Below the pieces are notes generated by a model. It was not told where the DNA came from. It searched no databases and saw only the letters and a program-made list of their open reading frames with translations. Below are positions 57,248 to 61,083 of a stretch of 61,083 nt of DNA, in pieces (position 1 is the first letter of the stretch; every line of letters begins with the position of its first letter). A program made the position numbers and the translations under genes. The DNA comes from a virus (taxonomy: Duplodnaviria; Caudoviricetes). Where the stretch lies: the IMG/VR virus record IMGVR_UViG_3300043640_000419, positions 1 to 61,083 of that record. One strand, given 5' to 3'.

Positions 57248-57900
57248 TCATGCAGACCAGCAGCATCGCGACCAGCTCAACACCGGCCTTCGCACCGCCG
57301 ATCGCCACCCTGCCGAAGAAGAAAGCCGCGCGAGTCAGCCGCGACCCCTTCCGCCGCGATCCCCTCGCCTGCCGGCTCATGGATGCGGTGGCGCCATTGG
57401 TTGTGGATGACGGAAACTACAACCTGAAGCCGGGGCAATTCGAGGTGGACATCTATAAGGCGCTCTTGCCGGTCTGCAGCTCCTTCACCACGGCGGACGC
57501 CGCGCGCGCATACCTTGCGATCCATCCCGCGACCAAGGCCCTGCATCATCGTGGCACTCATGTGGACCGCACTGCGCGAGTCGTTGCCCGAGACGTGCTT
57601 CAGGCGTTCATCGCCGTCTCGGCACCATCGCGCCCCGAAGACGTGAAGGCGCTGGCCGAGCATCTGACGCTGCTCGATGCATACGAAACATACGAGCCGA
57701 TCATGGCCCAAGTCCTTCGACCCATCGCGGCCCTCTCGCTTGCTGACGGCGTCAAGGACCTGCTGCGCGGCGACTTCAGTTGCGGCGAGACCTTTGGCTC
57801 GGCCGCCGACGGCACCAAGTCGGACAGCTGGTGCTACCGCGTCGCCAAGGCCTCGGGCCGGATGCAGTGGTGGTACCCGTCGAAGAAGGGAGCGAAATAA
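57244..57900 (+). CDS. hypothetical protein, tandem paralog 1
   Basis: Coupled; motifs shared with 57900-58514. Confidence 0.75.
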   Translation: MIMQTSSIATSSTPAFAPPIATLPKKKAARVSRDPFRRDPLACRLMDAVAPLVVDDGNYNLKPGQFEVDIYKALLPVCSSFTTADAARAYLAIHPATKALHHRGTHVDRTARVVARDVLQAFIAVSAPSRPEDVKALAEHLTLLDAYETYEPIMAQVLRPIAALSLADGVKDLLRGDFSCGETFGSAADGTKSDSWCYRVAKASGRMQWWYPSKKGAK

Positions 57901-58514
57901 TGTCTATCAGCACCGGCGTGCACGCCGACAATGTTGCTCCGCCCGTCATTGCGCCGCGCACGCCCCGCCGCAAGAAGTCGAAGGCTCTCGGGCCCCAGGC
58001 TTTTGCGCAGCAGGTCGTCGATGCCTTGCTGCCTCTCGCCGATGGCGAGGAGCTTCGCGACGGGGTTGGCAGGAAGGACATCTACCTCGCGGTCGTACCC
58101 TTCTTCGCTGAGTTTACGATCGCCGATGCCGTGGCCTCGCACGCGATGTTCACGGCGGTTCGCGACTCGACGCCCTACGGGACCGGCGACAGATACACCG
58201 CCGCCTTCACCATCCTCGAGATACTGGAGGATTTCATCTGCGCCGCCTTCCCGTCCGGTCCGGAGTGCGTCGCGGCGATGGCCCACTTCGCCACGCTCAC
58301 CATGGATGGGACCGACGATCCGGTGGTGTGGCCTGATGGCTTCCGGAGCCTGCTGAAGCAGATCTGCACCGGCATCGGCCATCTTCGTAGCGGCAGTCGC
58401 TTTACGATGGGCGAGCGCTTTGGAGTTCCAGCAGGCACGTCCTTGGCCGCCTCGTGGGTAGGACGGTGCTGCGGCTTCAAGGAGTTCGCAGCGCTGCGGG
58501 AGCCGGAGGAGTGA
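57900..58514 (+). CDS. hypothetical protein, tandem paralog 2
   Basis: TAATG overlap; DIYxA, FTxADA, PSxPE and GExFG shared with the previous gene. Confidence 0.75.
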   Translation: MSISTGVHADNVAPPVIAPRTPRRKKSKALGPQAFAQQVVDALLPLADGEELRDGVGRKDIYLAVVPFFAEFTIADAVASHAMFTAVRDSTPYGTGDRYTAAFTILEILEDFICAAFPSGPECVAAMAHFATLTMDGTDDPVVWPDGFRSLLKQICTGIGHLRSGSRFTMGERFGVPAGTSLAASWVGRCCGFKEFAALREPEE

Positions 58515-58708
58515 AGGCCCCGAGAGCGAGCTGTGGATTCTGCGGCAGGGACAAGGACGCGGTGAAGATCTTGATCGTCAACGCCATCGGGATGGACGCC
58601 GCGATCTGCGATCAGTGCGTCGAGCGTGCCGTCGAAGAGGTCGACCGGCAGCGCGAGCAGCGGCGCACACGGAAAGCCGAGGCGACCAGGGAACGGAGCG
58701 GCGCATGA
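58511..58708 (+). CDS. stand-alone ClpX-type C4 zinc-finger protein
   Basis: CGFCGRDKDAVKILI...ICDQCV. Confidence 0.8.
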   Translation: MKAPRASCGFCGRDKDAVKILIVNAIGMDAAICDQCVERAVEEVDRQREQRRTRKAEATRERSGA

Positions 58709-58953
58709 AGAAACCCGTCATGGTCCACATCGTCGACATGACTGTCGAAGAATTCCAAGAGGCCGCGGCCATGCATCGCTCGCGCGGCCAGCACACCACC
58801 GCCGACAACATGATGCGAATTCCTCCGATGTTGGCCGCGCTGACAGACGAGGAGCGCGCCGGCTTGCGTCGCCTGTCGGTGCGGGCGTTGCAGATCGAGT
58901 TGAGCAGGCTCGTCTTGGCGCACGAGGCTGCGCTGAAGGAGCTCGGCACATGA
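58705..58953 (+). CDS. hypothetical protein
   Basis: ATGA-coupled. Confidence 0.65.
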   Translation: MKKPVMVHIVDMTVEEFQEAAAMHRSRGQHTTADNMMRIPPMLAALTDEERAGLRRLSVRALQIELSRLVLAHEAALKELGT

Positions 58954-59183
58954 TGACGCGCACCCGCAAGCACCGGGCGCGCGTCAACCTCTATGTGGAG
59001 GCCGCCAGGCGCAACACGGAGCTGATGGCGGCGATAGACGTAGCTGGCGACGCGCTGCGTACTGCCCGCGGCACTCTGATGACCGCGATCCGGGCCGGCG
59101 TCGACCTGCCCGACTTCGACGCGGCCGAACACGCGACGGTCAAGAAGATCGACGCGGCGTTGGCGGCGCTGGAGTTCACATGA
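58950..59183 (+). CDS. hypothetical protein
   Basis: ATGA-coupled. Confidence 0.65.
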   Translation: MMTRTRKHRARVNLYVEAARRNTELMAAIDVAGDALRTARGTLMTAIRAGVDLPDFDAAEHATVKKIDAALAALEFT

Positions 59184-59383
59184 GGTTGCACCTTGGCGCG
59201 CTCGATCCGGTGTTCGCGGTGACGGGCACCCCGACCTTCGGCCGCCATGCCGTGTCGTTTCCCAGCCGGGTGGGCTCGACGACGCGCCGAATCACATGGA
59301 TGTACGGGATCAGCTGGCAGACGAAGCGCGGCTTCGTGTTTATCGGCGTGCAGTTTCACGAGAAGCAGACGGGCGAGAGCTGA
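59180..59383 (+). CDS. hypothetical protein
   Basis: ATGA-coupled. Confidence 0.55.
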   Translation: MRLHLGALDPVFAVTGTPTFGRHAVSFPSRVGSTTRRITWMYGISWQTKRGFVFIGVQFHEKQTGES

Positions 59384-59385
59384 CC

Positions 59386-59679
59386 ATGGGTGCCCGCCCT
59401 CGCCTCTCGCGCGACTGGCCTTACCTGATGCGCCTCGCGACCGCCCGCGCCTATCTCGACGGCATGGCGCTGGTCAAATTCACCGCTCTAGTCGCGCCCC
59501 ACCTCGAGACCAAGATCGTCGGCGACGAGGTGCGGTACACCCGTCACTCGCTCGACGCCTGGATTGACGGCGGCGGCAAGCCGGGCAACCTTGAGACGCC
59601 CTCGGACCTCGCGCGGGCACTGCAGCAGGATGGCGATGACGACGATCAGGATCGCAGGCGTCAAGGGCTACGTCAGTAA
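59386..59679 (+). CDS. excisionase-like protein
   Basis: WPYLMRLATARAYLDG...YTRHSLDAWID; overlaps the int start. Confidence 0.75.
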   Translation: MGARPRLSRDWPYLMRLATARAYLDGMALVKFTALVAPHLETKIVGDEVRYTRHSLDAWIDGGGKPGNLETPSDLARALQQDGDDDDQDRRRQGLRQ

Positions 59680-60796
59680 CGGCACGCCCTACTTCTACCT
59701 GCGCGCGAGCGGCGAGCGGATATTAGATCCCGCAACGAAGCAGCCGATCGACCCACTGCGCCAGCCCGAGGCATTCGTGGCGCGCGTCGAGGAGATGAAG
59801 AAGGCGCTGGCGGCACAGCCGGCGCCGGCGGCCGCCAAGGCCGGCACCCTGCTCGAGCTAGTCGAATTCTGGCGCGGCTCGCCCGGCACGGAGGGCCGGC
59901 CCAGGCGCGAGCCGTCGCTCGAATGGCTGGCGCTGAAGCCCGCGACCAAGATCAGCTACGAACGCATGGTCGACCCGGCGCGGGGCTACCTGCGGCGCGG
60001 GTTGCGCATGAAGCTTGACCGCATCTTCCTGTCGGCGCTCGACACCCCCAACGTCGTCACCTTCCGCGACAAGGTCGCCACGCGCTTCGGATTCTGGACC
60101 GGCAACTATGTGATCAAGGTGCTGCGGCCGCTGTTCAAATGGGCGAAGCTGCACGGCCACATGAAGACCAATCCGGCCGCCGATATCCCGCTGCTCAAGC
60201 GGCCGGACGGCATGGCGGTGCAGCACCCGTCCTGGACCGATATCGAGTTCGAGATCATGCTGGCTGCGGCGCGCGAGAAGCAGTGGGACGGCGTCGTGCT
60301 GACCTTCGCCCTGGCTCGTTTCGCCGGCTGGCCGATCGGCGATTGCGTAAACCAGCCGCCGTCGGCGTGGCAGGATCCGCGTCTGGTCTATATCCGCAAG
60401 AAGCGCGGCGGTGCCGGCAAGCTCAATAGCGTCAAGGCGCCGAAGCGGCTGGCCGAGATCCTGCGCGAGTTCGCCGCCGACACCAATGCCGAGACGCTGG
60501 TCACCAACCAGAGCGACGAGCGCTACACCGAGGACGGCATGCGCACGATGGTGTGGAAGCTCTGCACAGAGCTGGCCGAGCAGAAGAAGGTCCGTCCCGG
60601 ACTAAACATCCACGGCCTGCGCCACTCGCTCGGCAAGGAGCTTTACGAGCTCGGCCTCGAGCGCGAGGCGCGCAAGGCGATGATGGCGCACGAGAGCGAC
60701 GAGGCCAGCAAGGTGTACGAGCGCGACGGCGATCGCCGCATCCATGCCGACAAGGCGGTCGTGGCACTGAACAGGAATCGGAGAACCCGCAAGTGA
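59630..60796 (+). CDS. int: prophage tyrosine integrase
   Basis: HGLRH, MMAH, SKVY; NPA linker; first Arg motif atypical (GWPIGD). Confidence 0.9.
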   Translation: MAMTTIRIAGVKGYVSNGTPYFYLRASGERILDPATKQPIDPLRQPEAFVARVEEMKKALAAQPAPAAAKAGTLLELVEFWRGSPGTEGRPRREPSLEWLALKPATKISYERMVDPARGYLRRGLRMKLDRIFLSALDTPNVVTFRDKVATRFGFWTGNYVIKVLRPLFKWAKLHGHMKTNPAADIPLLKRPDGMAVQHPSWTDIEFEIMLAAAREKQWDGVVLTFALARFAGWPIGDCVNQPPSAWQDPRLVYIRKKRGGAGKLNSVKAPKRLAEILREFAADTNAETLVTNQSDERYTEDGMRTMVWKLCTELAEQKKVRPGLNIHGLRHSLGKELYELGLEREARKAMMAHESDEASKVYERDGDRRIHADKAVVALNRNRRTRK

Positions 60797-61083
60797 TGAT
60801 CGTCAACCAGAAATATCACTTCACGCCACCCAGCGGACCGCCGGATAGGCCGATCGTCGTGCTCGCTCTACAGGACTACTCGCCGGGACAGCAGCGCAAG
60901 ACTGACGTGTGGAAGATTGAACCGCCAGAAGGGCTCGCGGTGCTCTTCGGCAATCACGTCGAGTTCGATAGCTACCGATCGCTGATCGCCATGCTGGCGA
61001 CCACCTTTTGCCAAGGCGACCAGGCAGTAGCCGCGGAGCGCTTGGTTGCCGTCAGAACGGGAACAGAACAGGAAGGTGTCTAA
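60796..61083 (+). CDS. hypothetical protein
   Basis: TGATG overlap with int. Confidence 0.55.
   Translation: MIVNQKYHFTPPSGPPDRPIVVLALQDYSPGQQRKTDVWKIEPPEGLAVLFGNHVEFDSYRSLIAMLATTFCQGDQAVAAERLVAVRTGTEQEGV

Larger units (their letters stand above)
13717..61083. mobile_element. siphovirus-type prophage, probably integrated in tRNA-Phe; right att beyond the window
   Basis: Complete head, tail, lysis, replication, immunity and integrase modules; GTCTAA arm-like motifs at both ends. Confidence 0.92.

Overview
High-GC, alphaproteobacterial-looking DNA made up entirely of mobile elements stacked in tandem. (1) A ~47 kb siphovirus-type prophage runs from ~13.7 kb to beyond the right edge. It has a lambda-like GpA terminase, cosQ, portal and S49 protease, a Mu-gpT-like capsid, a non-contractile tail, lysis, replication, CI/Cro and integrase modules, and its left boundary is a 45-bp tRNA-Phe 3' half. 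(2) A ~2.5 kb minimal int+xis element lies at 11.2-13.7 kb. (3) A decaying PICI/P4-like satellite spans <1-11.1 kb (int, AlpA, PC4, DnaB-N/AAA_25 Rep, iteron origin) and is anchored at a degenerate tRNA-Ser. The main observation is that the satellite carries its own copies of several parts of the neighbouring prophage: a shortened head-scaffold homolog, the tail-tip NlpC/P60-like gene, the tail-module 2OG-Fe(II) oxygenase, the DnaB N-terminus, a moron gene, a leader motif and a ~100-bp noncoding motif. This suggests a satellite-helper pair that interferes with both head and tail assembly. The window also holds a transposase-less IS1595-family cassette (24-bp IRs, 8-bp TSD), a phage acyl carrier protein, a secreted stand-alone TonB C-terminal domain, an acr/aca-like operon, a CI lacking its autocleavage residues and an integrase with an apparent Arg-to-Pro change at a catalytic position. 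All family assignments come from motif recognition by eye, not from database searches.
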